64,000 nucleotides of DNA from Macrostomum lignano (lineage: Eukaryota). Below, piece after piece: positions 1 through 11,795 of this stretch; the first letter of the stretch is position 1; each line of letters opens with the position of its first letter. Position numbers and translations under genes: made by a program. Location of the stretch: positions 1 through 64,000 of the forward strand of contig NIVC01000144.1 of the NCBI GenBank assembly GCA_002269645.1, written 5' to 3'. The notes beneath the pieces are model-generated. The model had not been told where the DNA came from and searched no databases. It saw only the letters and a program-made list of their open reading frames with translations.

Positions 1-97
1 GGGTGAAAAGTTCGACGGGCTTTTGGCATTCGCAGCTGGTGCAGAAGACGGTCAGAGCTGCCAGAACCGCCGCCAGGGCTGCCTTCATGTTTAGCAT
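1..97 (-). CDS. 5' end of a probable secreted-protein gene running off the left edge (MLNMKAALAAVLAALTVFCTSCECQKPVELFT...)
   Basis: ATG at 97 in CCGCCATG context; open to the window edge; hydrophobic signal-peptide-like stretch ending SCECQK, resembling SCNAQK in the copy at 19698-20699. Confidence 0.55.
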   Translation of the reverse strand, partial: MLNMKAALAAVLAALTVFCTSCECQKPVELFT

Positions 98-402
98 GGC
101 GGTTTGAAGGATTATTTCAGTAACTATTCAGTAACTAAGGACTATTGGGTAGTACGGTGAGGAACGGGTGCGGTTTTCGTTTTGGGAATCGTTTTTAAAG
201 GTGAAATTGGCTCGACTCTGATTCGCTCTTAGACTTGTAGCAAATCTTGCGATTATTTCCACAATTTCGTCAGGCTATAATTTTTTATCATAAAACTAAT
301 TGTAACAGTCTTTGTCCGTTAATTCGATAGTTCACCAGCATGCTGTCAATCTTCTATGCGAGATTAATGTCAGGGACTCAAATATAAACACTTGCGTCAC
401 AA

Positions 403-906
403 GTTTGTCCGCACACGGAGATATTTTGTCCGCACACGGAGAAGTTTTGTCCGCACACGGAGATATTTTGTCCACACACGGAGATATTTTGTCCGCACAC
501 GGAGATATTTTGTCCGCACACGGAGATATTTTGTCCGCACACGGAGAAGTTTTGTCCGCACACGGAGATATTTTGTTCGCACACGGAGATATTTTGTCCG
601 CACACGGAGATATTTTGTCCGCACACGGAGATATTTTGTTCGCACACGGAGATATTTTGTCCGCACACGGAGAAGTTTTGTCCGCACACGGAGATATTTT
701 GTCCACACACGGAGATATTTTGTCCGCACACGGAGATATTTTGTCCGCACACGGAGATATTTTGTCCGCACACGGGATATTTTGTCCGCACACGGAGATA
801 TTTTGTCCGCACACGGAGAAGTTTTGTCCGCACACGGAGATATTTTGTCCACACATGGAGATATTTTGTCCGCACACGAAGATATTTTGTCCGCACACGG
901 AGAAAG
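403..906. repeat. 21-bp minisatellite (TTTTGTCCGCACACGGAGATA), ~24 copies
   Basis: Direct tandem periodicity; explains the five overlapping ORFs at 312-967. Confidence 0.97.
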
Positions 907-2624
907 TTTGTATACTGACTTCAACCCAGTTTCCTCAGTAAACCGTGTAATGTCGAAATTTCTATAAAAATGCTGCTTGCTTTAAGGAAAAGAAAAAGAT
1001 AGTTTCGGTGACTGTTGAATTTGTTTTGTAGCTCAATGAGAGACTTTGAGAACATTGTCTGCTTTTGTTTCCTAATTCTTTAAAAACTTCAATTTTGATT
1101 ACGTGATTGTATTTTTTTCAATTTGATGAGCACTTCAAGAGCGAATTTTTATTGATAATTTCATTTTGCAATATTCCATTGTGTTTACTGGAAGTAGAGT
1201 GTAAGGAAAACGGTAGTATTGTTTTTTATTAGTAGAGACAGGAGGCTGTGTGCGCATCGTCGTCGCACAGCCGGCGAGAGCATTACTACGAGCAGAGGCA
1301 CACACTCACACAGGAGTGTACAGCGGCTCTAACTTTATTTATCGTCAGACATGTGCACTTCACTGTGCTTTGGAGTTGGCCCTCAAAGCCATTAATATCA
1401 CGAGCAGAGGCAATTAAGCCAAAGTTAATTTGACTGCACTTGGAATCACGCCCCCCCCCGAAATAAAATTGGTACGATAATTTTGTTTTGTCAGTCAGCT
1501 GAGCATTGATAGTTGAGTCTATTAACATAAAAACATTTTTTATTATTGTCGCTAAACCTATTATTTATATCGCTAGTATTTGTGAGTAGCGATCTCCTAC
1601 TCTTTACGTAGCCTTTGTCAGCAACCATATCAGAGATACGACACCCAACTCAGGTCAGTCTATCCTTGGAGCGATGTATATCATCGATTGCTGTTAGCCT
1701 GTACCACAATTCAAACAGGCATGCGGTATGATTTTCTCAACTCTCCTTTTGATACCAATATGATCGCAGAGTTTGACTTTGCTTTGCCTCTAATAAAATA
1801 ATATTAACTGGTTGCACCTGCCCTAATGGAGGCTGTTGCAACGACAGCTCAGCCGCCGCTGTTGCGCGACGCATCTGAAAGCTGCGTACGGCTTGACTTC
1901 GGGACTGATACAAGCCAGCCCTTCAGGGGCAGGCGTACAAAATCTTTAGCCTTGACAATTTCACAATGCGCTCTGAAACGTGTCTATCAATCTGCTGCGT
2001 GTAAACGATGAAAACTACATGAGCCTGAACATCTTCACCAAGTCAAGAGAGAAGCTATTCTAGCACAGGTGCCCTGTCAAGTGTTGACAACGAGATTCTT
2101 CTCTCAAGATTCCTGCTGCCTGGATTGACAGGCCTCCCCTTTATCCTCAATGTTTTCGAACCGAACCCAACACTTCAGAAGCAAAATACTTTGAGAGGGC
2201 TCGGTTTTCAGCACGTCAATCTGATAAACAGCAACGCTGTTTGCTTACCTTTAGATGAACCGTGAGCGATGGGCTGTTGACCTCGCGACAATGCGCTCGG
2301 TAAACTTGTTTTAAGATGAGGAGGAATCCGCTGCAGTGACAGCAGAAGCTCTAGGACGCTACAGCAATTTACAGCAAAACTTACAGCCATGCAGAATTTG
2401 TCGAGTTTTGCAGAGCAAACTGAAGCCACCCAGCATGGATACCTAGCTACCTACCTACCTACCTACCTACCGACAAACCATGTTTAGTATATGGATTCAA
2501 GACAAACTGAAAATAGTTCTTTTCGAGCTTGGGCCACTTTACGCGTAGGCTTTTTCCATCAGTGACTCTAAAGCTAATAAGGCAATGTCCCCGGATAGTT
2601 GATTCTGGAATTCAATATAAAGTT

Positions 2625-2810
2625 ATACTGGAAACAGACACCGCGTCTCTCCTGTTAATAAACTTAATTCACAAAAGTGGCTTCAGAATAAGCTGGACGC
2701 CTCCTAATGATCCGCAATGGTCCAGCCCAATGAAGCGCTGAGCTCTGGGAGTTCTCTTCAGGTGCAGGACCCAGGTGCAAGACGCCGTAAGTTCCAGACC
2801 TGTGGGGCTG
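2625..2810 (-). pseudogene. Inverted fragment of the secreted PAN-like/LamG-like gene family
   Basis: Reverse complement reads PTGLELTASCTWVLHLKRTPRAQRFIGLDHCGSLGG, then after a shift SLF*SHFCELSLLTGETRCLF. Clearly homologous to copies B and C; contains an indel and a stop. Confidence 0.85.
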
Positions 2811-2969
2811 TCCTCAAATGAACAAGAAAAAGGTCTGCATTGTGTTTAACATATCCCTCTTGCTGATTTTATGAACTCAAGTGATCGTTGCTTCAAAGTT
2901 AGGGCAACTCAAAAGAAATTGTAGCGTCAAGGTAAACAAGCCGTCAAAGTTAGCGACATGCTGCAAGAG

Positions 2970-2991
2970 CCAATGGGAAACCAAAACCAAT
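2970..2991 (+). promoter_or_regulatory. Paired CCAAT boxes ~130 bp upstream of the copy A ATG
   Basis: CCAAT at 2970 and 2987; the same pair is conserved at 8822/8838 (copy B) and 13082/13098 (copy C). Confidence 0.5.
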
Positions 2992-3116
2992 CAGAACACC
3001 TCCACTGATCAGCAGAAAGTTAAAAACTTTGATGCGATCTGATGCCGAGGCTCTCCATACTGGCAGACTCCTCTTCTACTGACTGACAGAAGCTTACAAT
3101 ACATGTACGTCACAAA

Positions 3117-4129
3117 ATGTCCAGCCTCCTACATCTCGCTGTTCTGTGCGCCCTGCTCTCGGTCTCTGACTGTTTGAACGGAGACAAAATTGCACAGCAC
3201 AAAGTAGCCAACAATGACTGCGTGAACTTGTCGCTCTCGGTGTGGCGGCAGCCGCGACCCTCCGCCTCCCTGCTCGACTGCTTCGTGTCGAGTCGGTCGT
3301 TCCGTCTCGGCAGCGTCGGCGTGGTGCAGCGGAGCAAGCGAGACGCCTCGTGCGCGTTGTTCCGCTTCGGTGAGGTGTGCCGCCTGCTCAACATGACCAG
3401 CTCGTCTACACAGACTGAGGGAGTAGCCGCTGAGAGCACCTGCGAGACCGTGGTGGACTCGGAGTACGACGCGATCGCTGCGAACGAGCACTTCAGCGCT
3501 GTGTGGGTCGGAGACAGGGGACCGGCGCTGGAGAACCTGGTGTGCGGCTCCGAGGGACAGAGGAACCCATGAAGTCGCTCAATGTGACCTGGACGAGTGA
3601 GGGCGCTCGCATGGACGGAGTCTCGTCTCGGCTGTGGGTGGACGACCCCACAGGTCTGGACTTCACGGCGTCCTACACCTGGGTGCTGCACCTGAAGAGG
3701 ACTCCTAAGGTTCAGTGCTACATTGAGCTGGACAATTGCGAATCACTAGGAAGCTCATTCTTAAGCCTCTTTTGGGAACTCAGCTTCATTACAAGCTATA
3801 TGCAATGTCTGTTTTTCTATACTGGCAGCCAAAACTGGCTCCTAAGCGGCTCTGTGCTGCCCGCTGACCCTGAGCGCTTCTTCATCACTGGCTTGACAAC
3901 CGATAAGCCGTCGGGTGAACGCCGATTTCTGCTTGGATCCGCGTTCTTGACCGAGCCGCTGGTCTCTGGCAACGGTTCCAAATTTAATTATAACGATACT
4001 GGCGCCTGCATCAAGATCGGCTGGCGGTCTCCAGGCCAGTTCATATTGAATGGCGTCATTCGCGCCGTCGCTGTGGCCAACTCGGCTGTGACTGAGCAGG
4101 CGGTGCGACAGCTGCTTCAGCAGCCCTGA
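3117..4129 (+). pseudogene. Secreted PAN-like + LamG-like protein, copy A, with a 1-bp frameshift (pseudogene or assembly indel)
   Basis: ORFs 3117-3572 and 3503-4129 join into a full 337-aa paralogue of copy B if one C is restored at 3566-3568 (CCC here, CCCC in the other copies). Confidence 0.85.
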
Positions 4130-5028
4130 AGCTTTGGCTTGGTTGTTGTGAGAAGTTGAAAAATTAATAATTTGTTGCAACAATATTTTATTTGAGCTTT
4201 TAAGTTCTTTACGATTGTCTGAACTGTTATCTGTGCTTCTTTATGCGGCTATTTTACCCACTATCGAAAATGTATTTTTAACGCTTTTAATTACGGATAG
4301 GGAGATAGCATAACAGATCTTTGTTTCTAACTTTCTTTTTTAAGCTCTGTCTAATTTCACCCTCCTTTATTTAGAAGATTAAGCATGTCTCTTGAGAGAG
4401 CTATTGGTATAAATCACTAGGGCTGATGGTGTTTTTGGTCATGAGAAGTCTCGTATTTCAGTCGCGTTGTGTTTTGAAGCAGTAACATTTTTGTAGTGGA
4501 AGATTTTCATTTGAATAACTATTTATTTACATATCATTATCAATGCCTTAGATTTTTAATAAAGGACAAAGCTTTATCATTGCTATTGACAGCTCTTGAC
4601 AAGCTGTAAACCCAATATCTGCATGCGCTTTAATACGTTTTGATTACGCTTTAATACGAAGTGGAGTTAAAAGTACTTCTGTAAGCTTAATCAGAGCGCA
4701 GGAAGCTCGGCCCATCCTTTTGTTCCACGTGGCTCCTGTGCTCGGGCTGGGGGGTTTTAGACGCTGGCGGATCTGGTCTGATCCGATCTTTATCTTTGTT
4801 GCGCAACAGATTTTTCTTTTGTTGTCCCTCTATTGTTATCAATGATTGCCCCTAGTTTTCTCGCTTTTTGCTTTAATTTGTTGTCCACTGACACTGTCTA
4901 TTAGACTCCCCGATTTGTGTTACTAGCAATTTGAATGCGCCAATCTAATATACGGCTCGTAAATCCTCATATTTCGTCTCTTTCACCGCGTGCCCCAGGT
5001 GACAATTGTACTTTTAGAAACAGGCCAG

Positions 5029-5200
5029 TGACGTCAGAAGATCAGAGGCCAATCAGAGAGAGGGAGTCATTGCAATGATCTTAGAGAGAGTCGCGTGACC
5101 GACTTCGGGATTCTATTTAAGCTGGGGATTTTGCGAATCAACCGTCTGCCCTACTGACCCTACTGAGGAGGAGGGCACCTGCATCAGCTTCTTCAAGCCC
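5029..5200. promoter_or_regulatory. Conserved non-coding module (TGACGTCA + CCAATCAG + CACGTG-like site + CCTGCATCAGCTTCTTCAAGCC), repeated at 10844-10980 and 14658-14840
   Basis: Same motif order in all three duplication units. Confidence 0.4.
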
Positions 5201-5506
5201 GCAGCATCAGCAGCCAGCTCTCCCTCTCTCTGTGGCGTCACCAGTGTGTCTGTAATCCTGTATTTAACATGTTCTCTTTGCTCACATTGGGCCCTAACTC
5301 GCTTAGCTCTTTGCCAGATACAAGAGTCGGCTCTGATCGTCTTTATTCATTTTGTTACTCTGTGACCAATAAATTAAAAGAGCACATAAAAAGAATTATT
5401 TTAATCAATAACGCCATCAACTCTGTTTCACTATTGTACTGGCAATTTATTTGTTAATGGCTTGCTAAACCGTTTCGTGATGAAGCATGTGAAACCTGTT
5501 GGAGGC

Positions 5507-5640
5507 TGTGATCCAGTGACCAGTGTGAACCAGTGACCAGTGTGAACCAGTGACCAGTGTGAACCAGTGACTAGTGTGAACCAGTGACCAGTGCGAACCA
5601 GTGACCAGTGTGAACCAGTGACCAGTGTGAACCAGTGACT
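5507..5640. repeat. 17-bp minisatellite (CCAGTGACCAGTGTGAA), ~8 copies
   Basis: Tandem periodicity; the same array recurs at 11322-11795. Confidence 0.95.
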
Positions 5641-8600
5641 GGCGGCGCAATTAGTGTGACAGTGAGCTCGCAGGTTATAGCATTGAAAGGCCAGAAGTGT
5701 CAAAAGCTCTGGACGTATGACTCTTTTTGCACTGAGCAGCTGGAAACGATGGAGTTCACGTTCCCCCGTACTACTCTTAGTAGTCTAGCAGCCACAAGGT
5801 ATAGGGCGTTCTCATCTCCACACAGTTCATCACACTCTCGTCGTGAATTGTTTATTATTTACTAATTCTTGATCTATCAGGCATCACTTCTGCTTACACC
5901 CTCTGCCTGTCTTGGCGGAGTCAATAAAATGCAAAGATCACTGCTGAAAGATATTCGCTGAAATCAGGAAGCACAGCGACACTTTATTGAAAGTTGCAGA
6001 TATGATTTGCTGTAGGCAAGGTGCACTTAGCTGTAGGTTCCCATTTAAGACTGTAGCTTAGGATGTAAACTACTAGAAATATTGAAACCCTGCTAGCTAG
6101 GCTGTCGACAGGATGGCGTTATATTTTTAATTTATCCTAGCAAACTCGAAAAGATAATTCTATTAGTGTTGAGGGTTTTTACTATTAAATGTCTGTCTTG
6201 AAGGTGACAAAATTGTCGAGAGCATGCACCGGTAGTGGAATAAACTGTAACCAGACATCTTTTCTTGATTATTAAAAGATACGAGTGTATTCGTTCGAAA
6301 AATGTCATATGGATCAACTACTTTCTTTTATTGTTATTCCAAAGCTCTGAGCAAATATATAATTCTTTGTTATGCGTTATGACTAACCATGAGCACAATA
6401 TAAAATTGTTGGCACGTATTTTTCTAAGGGCTGCGCATGGCCAGTCTTAAATGTAATCAATATTGTTTAATTGAAAAATTGGGGTTACTGGGAGATAATT
6501 AGCTGATGAGCTATTCCAAGAAATAAATATAAAAAATTCAATATTGTTAAAAGGATAAACCATTCGGTAATTCGTACATAAAAATAAGTAAGAAGGCTTA
6601 CCCGTATGAATAAAGGTTTGTTCTCCGACTTATTCAAAGAGTAAAAGACTGTATGTTCAGAAATCAATCTGGAAAAAGACAGCTTTTGAAAGCCAGTAAC
6701 TCAATATTATTGTCTAGTCACTACGTGGTTGCCTTAAGTGAAAAATCACTGAGGAAGAACCCTTATTACCCCCAGTACAGCTTAGGCACACACCGTGGGA
6801 TAGGTTAATAGTATACACGTATTCGAATACCACTGCAATGCACAAAGATAGATCGGATTTCGAGTTAAATTTGATATATATGCACCAAATTTGAGAACAC
6901 TTCCTTCTGTTACTACCTAGATGTAGTGTTCGACCAGCGGTCTTCCTCAAATTTTGGCAGCGCAGTCAGAGCATCACTGCAATTCGCTTATAGTGCCAGT
7001 TGATTTTCAATAAGTCTCAACAAGTGGCATATGAGAGAAAATGAACTCTGTGCAGCTTTTAGATTTGCTTGATTCAACCATCCTTAGGCCCTGATATTAT
7101 ATCTTGTATATAGTCGGATGCGAATTTCCCAAACTCATTGTAGTTCAGTGTATTTTATTGACACAGAAATACATGTAATTGCTTCTGACATTCTGAGAAT
7201 GTTTCTTCAGCAAATTCTGCTCAAACGAGATTCTATTGTCTGAGAATGTCTGAAAATTGTGATTAAATCAGACTTCAGTAAGGAAATGGTTTTTTAGTAT
7301 CGGCTACTAACAGTAGCATTCTAGACTACTAAGAGTAATTTAACGGAACCTGAACTCCAAGTTATCCAGATGTGAGCAGTGCTGAAGTACACAGTTTGGT
7401 CATTTGATCCAAGGCAATTCTCATCTTGCAGACTTGATATCAGGTAGTACCTGAAAAGTCGAAAAATTCCATCAAAGTTTCTTTCTTTAATTATTCCATT
7501 TTGATGCAAAAATGATACATGAGTTTCAGCGATTGTACGTCAAATATCAACGGTAAAATATGCGTTGGATCAAGCATGAGTAGGAGAGTGAAATAGGATA
7601 ATCCACGAGTCCAATAGGTCACGGGAGACACAGAAACCTTAAATGTGATTAATGGCCTGTCAAAAAATGAGAAAAATTACTTTAGTCACGTGATTTTCCC
7701 AGTGCGCACGGGTCCGAATGCGAGCTTGGTCGGCTGATACCTCAAAAATGTGTGGTTATTTGTGATCCGCAAATTAATAAGTGACACAAAAGGTAAGAAG
7801 AGAATATACATGTAGGAGAGAGGAAAGGATATGAGAAGACATGGCTGGAAAAAGAGAGTGCCATTCCTACTGAAGGTAGAAAGTAAAGTGCAAAGGAGCG
7901 ATCTCATGGAGGAAGAGAGCTTTAATGACGCTAAAGTGACGAAATGAAGCCCAGTTTCTAGCCTACTCAGAATGCTTGGTTATTTCAGACTACTAGCAAA
8001 AGTAGTGATTAATGAATATTAGGAGAAAATGTACCGAAAACGAATGCAAAATATTTGATGCTTGATTTTGATTTGACTTTGATTTGATTCAACTTTTTAA
8101 AGCTAAATATGCAAAGCTTCAGTTTGAAAGATTTCATTTTTGCAAGAGATTTATCTCACGTACTACTACGCGATCATATATAAAAATTCCTGATTAAACC
8201 TCTGGAAGCTCCGTCCTTCTGTCCGGCTTTGAGGATGTACCCATCGGAAGATATCAGTATGATAGCTGATATCTTAGACAAATTATTTGCAAGTATAGCA
8301 GCTTAGCAAGGTGCTGATTTAGGAAGTTGAAAAGTCGCCTGCTTGGTCCTGACAAGCTAGGAGCTATTCATAGCCGAAGAAGCAGGAATGAGTTTGCATC
8401 TCAGCAGAACTTCTTACGATGCAAAAAGCGTTCTCTTTCAAAAAAGTAAAATCCACCAACCCCGAAACTTTTTCTCCATCAAACCCGCAGCTTCGCGGAA
8501 GCCATCCTTTGTTGACTCGGCACACCACCACTGCGTGTGAGAGGAAGCGAGTTTGCCTTGCAAGACAAAGAAGATGGATTTCTAGAATTTGCGAACAGTC

Positions 8601-8960
8601 AGGAAACATCACTGCTTCCGCTAAATATGTTGCCTCGTTAGGAGGCTGTGAACATGAAAAAAAAGCCTGTGTATTGTTCAAGCTACAATGCATCTCGCTT
8701 GCTTTTCTTTGACTCTAATGGTGATCGATCGTTGCCTCAAAGTCAGAACTCTGGCAACCCGCCGCAGAAGTTGCAGCGTCAAGAAAAACAGGCCGTCAAA
8801 ATTATAGACAGGTTGCTGGAGCCAATGAGCAACAAAGCCAATCAGGATGCTTTCACTGATCTGATCAGTGAAGTATATCTGGGACAAAACAGATACCCAA
8901 ACTTTCAAGACACGTGGCTTTTCTTCTACTCACTCACAGAAGCTCGAGACACGCAACTAA

Positions 8961-9974
8961 ATGTCCAGCCTCCTACATCTCGCTGTTCTGTGCGCCCTGC
9001 TCTCGGACTCTAACATTGTGAACGGAGACGAATTTGCACAGCACAGAGTAGCCAACAATGACTGTCTGAACTTTTCGCTGTCGGTGTGGCAGATGCCGCG
9101 ACCCTCTGCCTCCCTACTCGACTGCTTCGTGTCGAGTCGGTCGTTCCGTCTCGGCAGCGTCGGCGTGGTGCAGCGGAACAAGCGAGACGCCTCGTGCGCG
9201 CTGTTCCGCTTCGGTGAGGTGTGCCGCCTGCTCAACTTGACCAGCTCGTCTACATCGACTGAGGCAGTGGCCACTGAGAGCACATGCGAGACCGTGGTGG
9301 ACTCGGAGTACGACGCGATCGCTGCGAACGAGCACTTCAGCGCTGTGTGGGTCGGAGACAGGGGACCGGCGCTGGAGAACCTGGTGTGCGGCTCCGAGGG
9401 ACAGAGGAACCCCATGAAGTCCAGCGGTGTCTTGTGGACGAACGAAGGCGCTCGCATGGACGGAGTCTCGTCTCGGCTGTGGGTGGACGACCCCACAGGT
9501 CTGGACTTCACGGCGTCCTACACCTGGGTGCTGCACCTGAAGAGAACTCCCAAGAAACAGTGCTTCATCGAGCTGGACAATTGCGGATCAATAGGAAGCT
9601 CAGTCTTAAGCCACCTTTGGGAATTCAGCTTGATTACAGGAAAGACGCGATGTCTGTTTTCCAATATTGGCCACCAATACTGGGTCCAAAGCGGCTCTGT
9701 GCTGCCCGCCGACCCTGAGCGCTTCTTCATCGCTGGCTTGACCACCGATAAGCCGTCAGATAAACGCCGATTTCTGCTCGGATCCGCGTTCTTGACTGAG
9801 CCGCTGCACTCTGGCGGCGGTTCCGCATTCAAATTTAACGATGCTGGCGCCTGCATCAAGATCGGCTGGCGGTATCCAACTGGCGGCCTGCTTAAGGGCG
9901 TCATCCGCGCCGTTGCCATGGCAAACTCGGCTGTGACTGAGCAGGCGGTGCGGCAGCTGCTTCAGCAGTCCTAA
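8961..9974 (+). CDS. Secreted PAN-like + LamG/ConA-like protein, copy B (337 aa, intronless)
   Basis: Intact ORF with signal peptide (MSSLLHLAVLCALLS) and Cys-rich N-half. MDGVSSRLWVDDPTGLDFTASYTWVLHLK and KGVIRAVAMANSAVTEQAVRQLL resemble the start and end motifs of LamG_3-type folds; the domain call is from motif recognition only. Confidence 0.88.
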   Translation: MSSLLHLAVLCALLSDSNIVNGDEFAQHRVANNDCLNFSLSVWQMPRPSASLLDCFVSSRSFRLGSVGVVQRNKRDASCALFRFGEVCRLLNLTSSSTSTEAVATESTCETVVDSEYDAIAANEHFSAVWVGDRGPALENLVCGSEGQRNPMKSSGVLWTNEGARMDGVSSRLWVDDPTGLDFTASYTWVLHLKRTPKKQCFIELDNCGSIGSSVLSHLWEFSLITGKTRCLFSNIGHQYWVQSGSVLPADPERFFIAGLTTDKPSDKRRFLLGSAFLTEPLHSGGGSAFKFNDAGACIKIGWRYPTGGLLKGVIRAVAMANSAVTEQAVRQLLQQS

Positions 9975-11321
9975 AGCTTTATTTTTGTTTTGAGAAGTTT
10001 AAAAAGGAATAATTGTAATTTACATCATACGAGAATAATTATCTGAACTGTTTTATGTGTCTTTTTCAATAGTTATTTTACCCAGATTGACATTACGCTA
10101 TATTTCTTTATAGTTCTTGCCTTATAGGTAGCTTGAAACTATTATTTCTTTCCAGCTCCGTCTTATTTCAGCATATTTTTAGCTGAGCAGTTTACTTGCT
10201 GGTTATCTGACTCGAACGTTGTCAAAGCTGTCGTAATTTATCACTGCATGTAGAACACAACAGACTGCTGCAATGTGGTTCCAAGAAGATGATGGCCCTC
10301 ACATATAACAATAACCTTTCTATTTTGTGGAAGCAGAACTTTATTTGTCGACTGTTTATTTACCTCAATACCTTTATTTTTATTTGAAAAGTGGCAGACA
10401 TTTTTGCTATTGTCCTTCTCGACTTGCTGTAGGCCCAACTTCTCAATATTTTTGACAATATAAACCATAATACAGTTTAAATTTTTTTTGCACCATTCAA
10501 TCTTTTGCTGGCAATTTTTGTTTTTATACTGGTAAATTTTTGTACAACTTATATAGCCTCGGTCTGGGGACAGGAAGCCCTTTTTGTTTGTGTGTGGCTT
10601 CTGTGCTTGGGGCTCGGACCCTCTTTTTTGTTGCGCAACCGATTTGTCCTTGTTTTCCCTATGTAATTCTCGATGATTGCACCGGTTTTTCTCCGTTTTG
10701 CTTCTGTTGTTCACTGACCCTATTTAACAGACTCCGGATTTGCGTCGTTGGCTGTCTGAATGCTTCAATCCAGTATAAATCCTCATTTTTCCTCACTTTC
10801 CCGGCGTGCGCCACGTGATAATTGTATCTTTAGAAACAGTCAGTGACGTCAGAATACCAGAGGCCAATCAGAGAGAGGGAGTCATTGCAATGACCTTTGA
10901 GAGAGTCACGTGAATTCGCCTTAACCGTCTACGAAACTGACCATACTGAGGACGGTACCTGCATCAGCTTCTTCAAGCCTGCAGCATCTGTTCTCTCTCT
11001 CTACCTCTCTCTTTCTCTCTGTCTCTCTGTTGCTGAGTCTATAATCCTGTCTGTACATGCTTGCTTGCCTCACATGGGGTCTTAACCCACTTAGCTCTTT
11101 GCTAGGAATAAGAGTATGCTCTGATTGTCTTAATTCATTAATTTATTTACTCTATACAGAAATAATTAAAAGATCAAATGCACCGAATTATTTATTTTCT
11201 GTTTATTTTCCTCCGTAATTACCGCCATCAACTGTCTCACCCTTTTACTCGTAATTTAATTATTATTGACTTGCTAAACCGTTTTGGTGATTAAGCATAG
11301 GGAATCTGTTGGAAGATGTTA

Positions 11322-11795
11322 ACCTGTGACCAGTGTGAACCAGTGACCAGTGTGAACCAGTGACCAGTGTAAACCAGTGACCAGTGTGAACCAGTGACTA
11401 GTGTAAACCAGTGACCAATGTGAACCAGTGACTAGTGTAAACCAGTGACTAGTGTGAACCAGTGACCAGTGTGAACCAGTGACCAGTGTGAACCAGTGAC
11501 CAGTGTGAACCAGTGACCAGTGTGAACCAGGGACCAGTGTGAACCAGTGACCAGTGTGAACCAGTGACCAGTGTGAACCAGTGACCAGTGTGAACCAGTG
11601 ACCAGTGTGAACCAGTGACCAGTGTGAACCAGTGACCAGTGTGAACCAGTGACCAGTGTGAACCAGTGACCAGTGTGAACCAGTGACCAGTGTGAACCAG
11701 TGACCAGTGTGAACCAGTGACCAGTGTGAACCAGTGACCAGTGTGAACCAGTGACCAGTGTGAACCAGTGACCAATGTGAATCAGTGACCAGTGT
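11322..11795. repeat. 17-bp minisatellite, ~28 copies
   Basis: Tandem CCAGTGACCAGTGTGAA; homologous position to 5507-5640. Confidence 0.97.

Noticed and set aside
312-967. Five overlapping 170-210 aa ORFs
   Set aside because: All are translations of a stop-poor 21-bp tandem repeat; there is no independent coding signal
3075-3090. Conserved CTGACTGACAG acceptor-like motif ~30 nt before the ATG of copies A-C, suggesting a cis- or trans-splice site
   Set aside because: Paired CCAAT boxes lie only ~100 nt further upstream, so a simple intronless 5' UTR explains it equally well; it cannot be resolved without transcripts
8419-8712. Similar short ORFs upstream of copies B and C (also 12774-12974)
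   Set aside because: Explained by the segmental duplication; starts and lengths differ and indels break the frames
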